Positions 9,029 to 18,564 of a stretch of 19,985 nt of DNA are shown here, one piece after another. The stretch covers positions 1 to 19,985 of the forward strand of contig NW_021824053.1 of NCBI RefSeq assembly GCF_006345805.1. Direction: 5' to 3'. Each line of letters starts with the position of its first letter. Within the stretch, counting starts at the first letter, position 1. The notes under the pieces were generated by a model. That model searched no databases. It was not told the origin of the DNA and worked only from the letters and a program-made list of their open reading frames with translations. This DNA comes from Octopus sinensis (taxonomy: Eukaryota). The translations under genes and the position numbers were made by a program.

Positions 9029-9735
9029 ACATCATCATCATCATCATTTAACATCAGCTTTCCATGCTAGCATGGGTTGGATGATTTCACTGAGGGCTGG
9101 CGAACCAGATGGCTGCACCAGGCTTCAATCTTGATCCGGCAGAGTTTCTACAGCTGGATGCCCTTCCTAACGCCAACCACTCCGAGAGTGTAGTGGGTGC
9201 TTTTATATGCCACTGGCACGGGGCCAGTGAGGCGGTACTGGCAATGACCACACTCGAATCTTTTTACACATGCCACTGGCACAGGTGCCAGTAAGGCGAT
9301 GCTGGTAACGATCACGATCGAATGGTGCCTTTTATGGGCAACTGGCACGGAGGCCAGATAGCCGCTCTGGCAACGATTACACTTGGATGGTGCTCTTAAT
9401 ACCCTACTAGCACGGGACTCAAGTGCCAGTGAGGCGATGCTGGTAACGATCACACCCAAATGGTGCATTTTAAGTGCCACTGGCATGGAAGCCGGTTGGC
9501 TGCTCTGTCAATGATCACCCTCGTATGGTGCTCTTTGCACCCCACTAGCACGAATACCAGTCATCGAATTTGATTTTGATTTTGATTTCACTTGCCTCAA
9601 CAGGTTTTTTCAAGCAGAGTTTTAGTGTCCAAAGAAGGAAAAGGTACGCATAAGTGGGCTGGTTACACCCCTGGCATGGGCCACGAGATTATGGTCTCAT
9701 TTGGCTTGCCGGGTCTCTCACGCACAATATTTCCA
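9029..9735 (-). mobile_element. RTE-clade LINE 3' end: ORF terminus, 3' UTR with about 6 tandem 60-70-bp units and (TGA)n tail
   Basis: The minus strand starts tggaaatat...gagacccggcaagccaaatga (WKY...ETRQAK*). The UTR is colinear with 1778-2227. Confidence 0.8.
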
Positions 9736-9777
9736 TAAATATATATACCATATATATATACACATACATATATATAC

Positions 9778-9817
<40 letters not shown>

Positions 9818-9825
9818 CATACATC

Positions 9826-9858
<33 letters not shown>

Positions 9859-10152
9859 ACATATAATATATATATACGCGTACATATATATACACATACA
9901 TATATATACAACTATATATGTGTTTAAATATTTATATATATATATACATATATATATACGTACATATATTATATATATACACGTACATATATACATATAC
10001 ACATACATATATATATATATATATATGTATGTTATATTTATATATATATCTACATTTATATATATTATATATATATATATATATATATTCTATATATATA
10101 CACACATACTAATATACATATACAAATGTATATATATATACATATATATATG
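9736..10152. repeat. (TA)n/(TACA)n microsatellite
   Basis: Direct reading of the sequence. Confidence 0.95.
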
Positions 10153-10739
10153 TGTATGCCACCAGTGCAGAAGAAATATAAGAGATGCCATGACAATATA
10201 GCCATGCTTGCATTGGACACTTTGCAACAAGTATGGACTTGACAGAGGAAAAAAGTGGTACGACCACAAACCTGAAGGCATTGTTGAAAATAAAAATGCA
10301 AAGATCCTATGGGATTTTATGATTCAGTTCGACCACGAGACAGAGAATAGGAAATCAGATGTAGTGTTGTGAAAGAAAGCAAACAATGCTGGATCATAGC
10401 TATAGCATGCCCAGCTATTAAGGTATGCAATAAGGAAGAAAGAAAAGTCGAGAGATATGACAGGTTAGCTTGGGAAATTAAGCAGTTGTGGTCGATGAAA
10501 AAGGGAGCAGTAGTAACATTAATTGACGGAGCCCTGGGAACAGTGAGCAAAAATCTCGAGAAGTATGTGGAACAAATAGGGGCTGCAATAAGGGTGGAGC
10601 ACTTGCAGAGAACATCACTGCTTGGAACCGCTCGAATACTCTGGAAGGTGCTCAAAAAATAAGGGATGTTACGTTACTTCAATGGTAGTGAACAGCTGAC
10701 ACTGTAGTACATCTCCAGCATTAGAAGCTGTGCAAAGGC
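10153..10739 (+). pseudogene. 3' fragment of R4/Dong-like non-LTR retrotransposon (RLE domain plus 3' UTR)
   Basis: With 2 frameshifts it reads C...[79 protein letters not shown]...KVERYDRLAWEIKQLW...GALG...LLGTARILWKVLKK*. The RLE PD and D motifs are decayed to SD and A. Confidence 0.88.
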
Positions 10740-10743
10740 AACA

Positions 10744-10781
<38 letters not shown>

Positions 10782-10817
10782 CACTACAACAACAGCAACA
10801 ACAGCAACAACAACAAC

Positions 10818-10858
<41 letters not shown>

Positions 10859-10863
10859 TGATA

Positions 10864-10912
<49 letters not shown>
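10740..10912. repeat. Compound (CTA)n-(CAA)n-(AAT)n trinucleotide tract
   Basis: Directly follows the R4-like 3' UTR. Confidence 0.95.
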
Positions 10913-10915
10913 CAA

Positions 10916-11284
10916 AACAAGAGCACTCAGAGAGTGCAAACCTCTGACAAGGAAACACCAATGTCCTCTCAATGATTAGCCAGAGAGGATTTTTAAAATG
11001 AGAATATCTGAAATAAACTCACTGCTCTCGCAAATGGGAATACTAAAATTGAACCTGACCAGTCTCAAAAATTAAGTTAAAAAAACAGAAAAATAATCCG
11101 GAATCCTTGTCCGGCACTGGATCGATCCCAAAATCTAATCAGTCTGTGCCAGTTATGTGGCCAAACATCCCTGAAAGTTTCATTCGAATCCATCCAGCAG
11201 TACTTGAGATATCTTGTCAATGGGCAAACAAACAAACAAACATGACTGAAAACAATACCTCTGCCCTCGCTAAGGTGGAGGTAA
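10916..11284 (+). mobile_element. Non-autonomous DNA element, Helentron(HINE)- or Crypton-like
   Basis: 5' aacaagagcactcagagagtgcaaacctctgacaagg; (CAAA)n near the 3' end; terminal hairpin tacctctgcc/ggtggaggta (11256-11283) whose arm resembles the 5' cctctgac motif. The superfamily is uncertain. Confidence 0.55.
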
Positions 11285-11302
11285 TAATTTGTTTGACTAA
11301 AA

Positions 11303-11360
11303 ACAGTACTCCAGCTTGGTCTCAGTCAAATGAGTGAAACAAGTAAAAGAATACAAGAAA
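11303..11360 (+). mobile_element. SINE A 3' tail fragment
   Basis: ctccagcttggtctcagtcaaatgagtgaaacaagtaaaagaata. Confidence 0.7.
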
Positions 11361-11379
11361 ATCTATATATATATATATA

Positions 11380-11551
11380 GGTGCAGGAGTAGCCATGTGG
11401 TAAGTAGCTTACTTACCAACCACATGGTTCCAGGTTCATTCCCACTGTGTGGCGCCTTGGACAAGTGTTTTCTACTATAGCCTCAGGCCAACCAAATCCC
11501 TGTGAGTGAATTTGGTAGACGGAAACTGAAAGAAGCCTATCGCATATATGT
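11380..11551 (+). mobile_element. SINE A 5' half (host of a nested insertion)
   Basis: ggtgcaggagtagccatgtggtaag...ggaaactgaaagaagcctatcg. Confidence 0.88.
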
Positions 11552-11566
11552 ATATATATTTGTATG

Positions 11567-11862
11567 GGGAGGCACATGGCCTAGTGGTTAGAGCAGCGGA
11601 TTCGTGGTCGAGGGATCGCGGGTTTGAATCTCAGCCCAGGCGATGTGTGTGTTTATGAACAAAACACCTAAGCTCCATGTGGCTCCAGCAGAAGGTAATA
11701 GCAAACTTCTGCTGACTCTTTCGCCACAACTTTCTCTCACTCTTTCCTCCTGCATCTAGCAGCTCACCTGCGACTGACCGGTGTCCCGTCCAGGTGGGGA
11801 ACTTATACGCCAAGGAAACTGGGAAACCGGTCCTTATGAGCCAGGCGTGGCTTGAGAAGGAA
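11567..11862 (+). mobile_element. tRNA-derived SINE family C, full length, with 15-bp target-site duplication
   Basis: Box A tggcctagtggttagagc, box B ggtttgaatctc. The central ctgcgactgaccggtgtcccgtccagg resembles V/Meta-type domains (tentative). TSD atatatatttgtatg at 11552-11566 and 11863-11877. Confidence 0.88.
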
Positions 11863-12251
11863 ATATATATTTGTATGTGTGTGTATATGTTTGTGTGTCT
11901 GCATGTATATATACATGTATATCATATATATACACACACATATATATGTGTGTGTGTGTGTGTGTGTATGTAGGAACTGTATTCCTTTTGTCTGATTGAG
12001 ATTCTGTTGTGTGTGTGCATGCTCATGTTTGTGTGTGTACGTGTGTCGTGTACCTCTGTCTCCTTGCGTGTGCATGTTTGAGTGTGATTATGTACGTGCA
12101 TCTGTTATCTACAGATGTGTGTCTCCATATGTGTCTTTGTGTGTATGCATGTGTATGTGGAGTGTGTGTGTATATATATGGTCATGTATTTCCTCTCTTT
12201 CTGTGTGTGTGTGTGTGTGCTTGTCTGTCCGTATTACGTATGTATCTATCT
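11863..12251. repeat. Degenerate (TG)/(TA) microsatellite field
   Basis: Direct reading of the sequence. Confidence 0.85.
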
Positions 12252-12478
12252 ACCTATTTCTTTACTATCCACAAGGGGTTAAACACAGAGAAGACAAACA
12301 AGGACAAACGGATTAAGTCGATTATATCGACCCCGGTGCATAACTGGTACTTAATTTATCGACCCCGAAAGGATGAAAGGCAAAGTCGACCTCGGTGGAA
12401 TTTGAACTCAGAACGTAACGGCAGACGAAATACCGCTAAGCATTTCACCCAGTATGCTAACGATTCTGCCAGCTCGCC
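12252..12478 (-). mobile_element. tRNA-derived SINE family B (Nin/Deu-domain-like)
   Basis: Minus-strand head ggcgagctggcagaatcgttagc, box B gagttcaaattcc, and gcctttcatcctttcggggtcgataaattaagtacc resembling the Nin domain. Confidence 0.85.
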
Positions 12479-12639
12479 ACTGTATGTATCTATCTACCTA
12501 TCTGCCTATCTGCCTATCTACCTATCTACCAATGTATCTATCTGTTTACCTATATATCTCTACTTACACATCTATTTACCAACTTAATTGCCAGTTAGGC
12601 ATATATATATGTGTGTGTGTGTATGTATATGTGTGTATC

Positions 12640-12820
12640 TCTGTGTCTGTCTCTGTGCATGTCCCTCACTGAAAATTGGTGTTGGTTTGTTTATGTCCTT
12701 GTTACTGATGTTGGTAAAAGACACCAATAAAAAATGTACCAGCTTTTAAAAAAATATAAGTCCTGCGGTCAGTGCTCTAGCATGGCCACAGTCCAATAAT
12801 TGAAATAAGTAAAAAATAGA
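12640..12820 (+). mobile_element. Degenerate SINE A 3' half
   Basis: gtccctc...ggtgttggtttgtttatgtcc...aagtcctgcggtc...gcatggccacagtcc...aagtaaaaaatag. Confidence 0.65.
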
Positions 12821-12840
12821 TAAGAGAAAGACAGAAATGA

Positions 12841-13000
12841 CAGGCTTCCGCATAGTTTCCATCCAACAGATCCACTCCCAAGGCTTTGGGTGGGCTGGAG
12901 CTATAGTAGAAGACAATTTATTGAGGTGCTTCACAGTGGGACTGAACCTACAACCATGTAGTTTGCTTGTAAACTTCTTACCATATTGCCACGTTTGTGC
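12841..13000 (-). mobile_element. Degenerate SINE A 5' half
   Basis: Reverse complement of the head (agtgggactgaacc, atagtagaagac, aaggctttgg). Confidence 0.7.
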
Positions 13001-13069
13001 TTATGTTTTCCGGATTATAAAAGAACTTGCAGACATTCTCCTCTCCTCTTTCTCTCCTTCTACGTTGCT

Positions 13070-13572
13070 CAACACCAAGACCACCATCACCATTACCAAG
13101 AAGACCACCACCACCACTATCACCACCACCACCACCACCACCACCACCACCACCACCACCACCACCACCACACCACCACTATCACCACCACCACAATCAC
13201 CACCAAGAAGACCACCATCACCCCCACCCCCAGGCCACTACCACCACCATCACCAAGACCACCACCACCACCACCTCCACTACCAAGACCAAGACCACCC
13301 CCCCCACCCCCCACCCCACCATCATCACTACTACACCCACCCCACTCCCAAGTACACCACCACCATCACCCCCTGGGCCACCACCACCACCACTGCCACT
13401 ACCAAGACAACCACCACTACCACCATCACCACTACCAAGACCATCCCCACCACACCCACTCCACTCCGAAGACCACCACCACCGCCAGCATCACCAAGAC
13501 CACCTCCACCACCAAGACCACCTCCACCACCCCTATCACGAAGACCACCACCATCAAAACCATCCGGCCACC
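13070..13572. repeat. Degenerate (ACC)n low-complexity tract
   Basis: Direct reading; recurrent accaagacc/accaagaagacc subunits. Confidence 0.9.
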
Positions 13573-14029
13573 GCCTCCAAGTAAAAATTGATTAAGTAAT
13601 GACCGACAGGGCCAGTGTTATGTGTTGTAGACTCATTTTCTTTCTGCAAATAGAATCGCAAGAATATCTAACAGACCATTGTTTGTTGTTGCCAAAAGGG
13701 GGTTTATTTTCCGATGGGGCAGAAGTGAGGGGGGGGCGGAGCGGGGGTGAGGAAGGCTCTGTTTCTTCCTTCTTTCTTGTATCTTTGTTCTTCGGTTTTA
13801 TGTTTTATTTCGAAAATAATTTTTGTTGTTTTTTTTTTTGTTTTTCATATTTCTGGTGTGGTTTTTTTTGTTGGTTTTAGTTTTGCTTTCTTGAGTATTT
13901 TTTCTTCTTTTTTTTGTTTTTCTTTGTGTTTCTTTTTTGTTTTTTTTTTGACTATCTATTTTATTGATTCGTATAAAATAATATTGACAGTATAATGTAA
14001 TATCTTTGCAGTGTTGTTTATCATACATT

Positions 14030-14553
14030 CATGCATAAGTACACCTACATACATACATAGGTATACACATGCACACACACACACAGTATAATATATACAT
14101 GTGTGTGTGTGTGTGTATATGTATATATGCATATATGTTAATATATAAAGAGAAAGAGAATAAGAAAGAGGGAGAATGTATATGACAACAAATAATGTAG
14201 ATTATATATAGAATAATATACACACACACATATATATATACATACATATGCATATATATATGCATGTGTGTGTATGTATGCATATATATATATATATACA
14301 TACATATTTAAATATATATATTATATACACATATATATATAGTTACATTCTATGCATAGTTATATAATATAAACATACACACATGCATGCACATACATAC
14401 ATACATATAATATAATATATAATATATATATATTATATATATTGTATAATATAGTATATATATCTATATATAATATATAATATATATCATATATACAACT
14501 ACATACATACATACATACAAATATATATGTATATATTATTCGATATATATTAT

Positions 14554-14590
<37 letters not shown>

Positions 14591-14647
14591 TACATATATA
14601 CAGAATATATATATATGGATATATATATATATATTATATATATATAT

Positions 14648-14690
<43 letters not shown>

Positions 14691-14970
14691 CATATATACA
14701 TACATACATTACATTACATTATATATTATATATATATATAATATATATCTACATATATATATATATATACACACACATAGATATATATATGATATTATGT
14801 ATATGTATGTGTATATATAACATGTGTGTATGTATATACACACAAACATATACACATATTATATATATATGTGTGTATATAGTGGTAATATATGCATGTA
14901 TGTGTGTTGTAATCTGATATATGCATTTGAGTGTGTATCCGTGTGTGTATCCGTGTGTGTGTATGTGTTT
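14030..14970. repeat. (TA)n/(CA)n/(TG)n microsatellite field
   Basis: Direct reading of the sequence. Confidence 0.9.
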
Positions 14971-15086
14971 GTTTGTAAATGTGTGAGGCTATCTTCCCAG
15001 GCACAAACTCTTTTCTCCATTTGTCCATCTATTGTAAGCCACAATACCAATAGATATGACAGACTCTGGGTGAATGCTGTTGGCTT

Positions 15087-15406
15087 TTAACAAACCAAGC
15101 CACTAACCCATATTGCCGAGAGGCAAAGCTTGATGTCAGCCCTAATCAAAGACATGCCAGCCATGACCATCCCACCTTTACAGACTGTCTTGGATAACAT
15201 TCTCTAATAGATCTATCGAAATACTTTTTTTTTACAATTGTAGAGTGTGATATGAGGGAAAATTTCGCTGCTATTTTTAGCATATTGAATGACTATAAAA
15301 AACCACCTGTTAGTAATTGAATAGTTGCTGTTTTTTCCCTTCACCTGACCTGGTCAAGGTAAACATGTTGAAAAGCGTTCCATTTATGGCCATCATGTTA
15401 CTTATT
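15087..15406 (+). repeat. Left arm of ~320-bp inverted repeat pair
   Basis: Aligns along its whole length to the reverse complement of 16363-16682. Confidence 0.85.
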
Positions 15407-15513
15407 CAGATTTATTACATTTTATCAAGGCTTATGGTATTTGAACAATCTTCCTCTTTAAAGGCAGTCAAGTAGGACTTGAGGGAGATTTGGTTGTTTT
15501 TTATAGCATAGTA

Positions 15514-16077
15514 TTGGGTTGTCCGGAAAGTTTGTGCCGCTTTTTAAAGGAAAGAAAAAGGTCAATAAATACTTGCCATTACATTTTTAATCAACCAAAT
15601 ATGAACCATTTTGTTGCACAATGCGTCTCCATCTTTCCTTTAACTTGAAAATATCCTCTTCCCAGAATTCAGGTGGTTTCATGGTATAGAATTCATCAAG
15701 GTATCTTTTTACGTCAACCAGGAATTGAAATTTTTATCATTAAGACTATTCTGCAGAGACCTGAATAAGTGGAATATCCAAAGGAGCAATCTGTTGAATA
15801 TGGAAGGGTGGAGTAAACACATCCCAGCCGAGCTGCAGCAATTTTTGTCTGGTTCCCAAAGCATCAAGTGCCAAAATGAACTTTCTTATTTCATTTTAAA
15901 GGGTTTACAGAATTACCACAGGTTATAGGAACATAAACCTTCTTCCACGAAAAGATAGCTTAAACTGTGCTCTAAATGGAGGTGTAGTCAAATCCTATTT
16001 TATGGACTGAACCATGTTCTAAAATAAGTCGAAAGGTAAGCTACTATAAATCGGCATGAACTTTCCGGACAACCCAA
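15514..16077 (-). mobile_element. Internally deleted mariner transposon (564 bp, ~30-bp TIRs, TA TSD)
   Basis: TIRs ttgggttgtccggaaagtt(tg/ca)tgccg; TA at 15512-15513 and 16078-16079. Minus-strand remnants RQKLLQLGWDV and LVDVKRYLDEFYTMKPPEFWEEDIFKLKERWRRIVQQNGSYLVD*, joined to an N-terminal HLMLWE remnant. Confidence 0.92.
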
Positions 16078-16362
16078 TAGTTCTTTCATTGTCTGTGTGT
16101 ATTGACTTGTCAGATAAACTTGTTTGTTTCTTACAAACGTTATTTGAATAACATGAAAAATATTTTTATCCTAGTGTTTTATGAGGTTTTTGTAGCTCAA
16201 TTCTTCCACAGCAACTTTTGTTTATTGTTTTTATAAATCTGAATAAATTTTACTGCTTTTCAAACAGAAAACAGTAGAATAACAAGTTGAAAAATAAAAA
16301 ATAAAAACTGAGTATTTTTGACACCTGCATCTCTTGCTTTCAGTCAACGTTCCAAAGCTGTC

Positions 16363-16682
16363 AATAGGTAACATGATGGTCATGACTAGAAAGATTTTCA
16401 ACGTTTACCTTGATCAGGTCAGATGAAGGGCCAAAAAGCAACTATTCAGTTACTAACAAGGTGGGGTTTTTTTTACAGTCATTCAATATGCTAAAAATAG
16501 CGACAAAATTTTCCCTCATATCACACTCTAGAATTAAAAAAAAAAAGGGAATTTCGATAAATCCATTAGATAATGTTATCCAAGATAGTCTATAAAGGTG
16601 GGATGGTCATGGCTAGCATGCCATTGATTAAGGCTGACATCAAGCTTAGCCTCTCAGCAATATGCATTAGTGGTTTGGTTAA
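16363..16682 (-). repeat. Right arm of ~320-bp inverted repeat pair
   Basis: Reverse complement of 15087-15406. TTAA at both outer ends. Confidence 0.85.
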
Positions 16683-16770
16683 TCGAGATGCTTGTGTTGT
16701 AGAAGAAGGTACTATTACCGTAGCAGCTTCCATGCTCCTAGGAAAGAGAAATGTATATAGGTATGTATGT

Positions 16771-16811
16771 ATGTGTGAAAGTGCATGGCTCAGTGGTTAG
16801 AGCGTCAAGCT
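16771..16811 (+). mobile_element. Truncated tRNA-like SINE head
   Basis: gcatggctcagtggttagagcgtcaagctt (box A only). Confidence 0.5.
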
Positions 16812-16980
16812 TATATAAGACAGTGTTGTTAGTTCATACACAACTAGACTCAACAACACTGTCTTAGCATGTTTTTAATCTTTCATAAGGATATTATATA
16901 TATATCTGAATATCTTATGTAACATTCACTCCATCAAGACTTCTGTAACAATGTAATATTTTTCTGATGTATTCTTTTTT

Positions 16981-17093
16981 CGCACTGAGGAGAACAGTAA
17001 TATGCAATTAATTTAATTATAATTAATTTAATTTCTAATTTCTTTACCATGTTATTTACATGTTAATGTTGCTGTTCGAAACGATCGCAAGCA
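16981..17093 (+). ncRNA. Decayed type I hammerhead motif with long stem II
   Basis: CTGAGGA (16985-16991); 12-bp stem II gaacagtaatat/atgttgctgttc; GAAAC gatc GC A, where U16.1 has become C; stem I is poor. Confidence 0.6.
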
Positions 17094-17110
17094 TGGATTA
17101 AATTCTTTTT

Positions 17111-17148
17111 AAACTTTTAACACCTTTTAACACCTTTTAACACCTTTT
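17111..17148. repeat. 10-bp tandem repeat (aacacctttt) x3
   Basis: Direct reading of the sequence. Confidence 0.85.
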
Positions 17149-17345
17149 CTTCTCCATCTTTAATTGTTTTTTGAGCTTCCATAAGATATGTGTTCTATAA
17201 ATGCTCATAACATACCTTGTACTTGTAGCATTTTCGTATGCGGAAAATTCTTACAACAGTAAGCTACCAATGTAATATGAAGAATCTTTATTAGAAATCG
17301 ACCTTTGGAACCCACCAGAGTAAAGAATGAAATAGAACTCAACTT

Positions 17346-17400
<55 letters not shown>

Positions 17401-17401
<1 letters not shown>

Positions 17402-17528
17402 GACAGGTTTCTTTCAGTTTCTGTTTACCAAATCCACTCAAAAGGTTTTGGTTGGTAGAAGACACTTGCCCAAGGTGCCATGCGCTGGGACTGAACCCGG
17501 AACCATGTGGTTGGGAAGCAGTCTTCTT
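17401..17528 (-). mobile_element. SINE A 5' half, interrupted by SINE B
   Basis: Reverse complement of the head. The remaining head bases resume at about 17757 (cacatagctac...cacc). Confidence 0.75.
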
Positions 17529-17753
17529 ATTTCTTTATTGCCCACAAGGGGCTAAACATAGAGGGGACAAACAAGGACAGACAAGAGAGTAAGTTGATTA
17601 CATCAACCCCAGTGCATAACTGGTACTTAATTTATTGGACCTGAAAGGATGAAAGGCAAAGCCAATCCCAGCGGAATTTGAACTCAGAACATAACGGCAG
17701 ACAAAATACCACTAAGCATTTCGCCAGGCATGCTAACGATTCTGCCAGCTCAC
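17529..17753 (-). mobile_element. SINE B
   Basis: Colinear with 12252-12478. Confidence 0.88.
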
Positions 17754-17984
17754 TGGCACATAGCTACATGGCCACACCAGTATATATATATATTCCAAAA
17801 ATGGTTAAGGGGGATATATATCCTTGTGGATACCATGCTTGTTCTTATTGGTCAACAATGCTGACCAACCTCAGTGAAGGCAGATAATTCCCAGTTAGTT
17901 AAATTTACTATACTTGGTTGATCCTCACTTTGGTAAATCCAAATGCTTTTATAAAGACTGCATATTGTAGGTAGAGATGAAATG

Positions 17985-18138
17985 ATAAATTAATAAATAT
18001 CAGGAGAACAGAGATTTGACACATCCAAGATTTATTGTACAGTTAATCACATTTTTCTTCATAAAGAAAGATCTGATTAACTGCTTAATAAATCTTGGAT
18101 GTGTTAAGCCTCTGCTCTCCTCATATTTATTAATTTAT
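17985..18138. repeat. Palindrome/hairpin (65-bp arms, 24-nt spacer)
   Basis: 17985-18049 pairs with 18074-18138 with about 8 mismatches. Confidence 0.88.
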
Positions 18139-18142
18139 ATAT

Positions 18143-18363
18143 ACTCTTTTACTCTTTTACTTGTTTCAGTCATTTAACTGCGGCCATGCTGGAGCACTGC
18201 CTTTAATCGAGCAACTCGGTCCCGGGACTTATTCTTAAGTACGTATAAGTAAGCCCAGTACTTATTCTATCGGTCTCTTTTGCTGAACCGCTAAGTTACG
18301 GGGACGTAAACACACTAGCATCGGTTGTCAAGCAATGCTAGGGGGACAAACACAGACACACAA

Positions 18364-18394
<31 letters not shown>

Positions 18395-18564
18395 CATATA
18401 TACAACGGGCTTCTTTCAGTTCCGTCTACCAAATCCACTCACAAGGCTTTGGTCGGCCCAAGGCTATAGCAGAAGGCACTTGCCCAAGATGCCACGCAGT
18501 AGGACTGAACCCAGGACCATGTGGTGGTAAGCAAGCTACTTACCACACAGCCACTCCTGCACCT
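18143..18564 (-). mobile_element. Full-length SINE A
   Basis: Reverse complement of 7147-7545, with shared variants (gcatcttgggc, cccctagcattgc). Confidence 0.92.

Noticed and set aside
9195-9565. CRISPR-like repeat array
   Set aside because: The units are degenerate along their whole length with no unique spacers, lie in a eukaryotic LINE 3' UTR, and have no cas genes nearby.
2543-10153. Idea that the knuckle fragment ending in Cys (2543) and the RLE fragment starting at Cys (10153) are halves of one element split by 7.6 kb
   Set aside because: The intervening DNA is heterogeneous, and the two RLE C-termini in the window (1409 and 10369) are very different families. The 2240 piece more plausibly belongs with its 1409 neighbour (inference).
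11567-11645. tRNA gene
   Set aside because: It has A and B boxes but no complete cloverleaf or acceptor stem, and it continues into a SINE body with a TSD. The same applies to the other SINE heads.
13654-13724. Candidate 71-bp exon (ctttctgcaaatag ... GAA/gtgagg)
   Set aside because: The splice signals are plausible and two frames are open, but there is no recognisable peptide or partner exon. RNA-seq is needed.
564-14820. Numerous ORFs rich in HT/YI/CV/poly-T/poly-H/poly-P
   Set aside because: They are translations of (CA)n, (TA)n, (TG)n, (ACC)n and (GGT)n microsatellites, which lack stops in some frames.
16344-16367. Candidate 24-nt microexon (ttgctttcag ... TAG/gtaaca)
   Set aside because: The donor lies in the inverted-repeat arm, and there is no homology or expression evidence.
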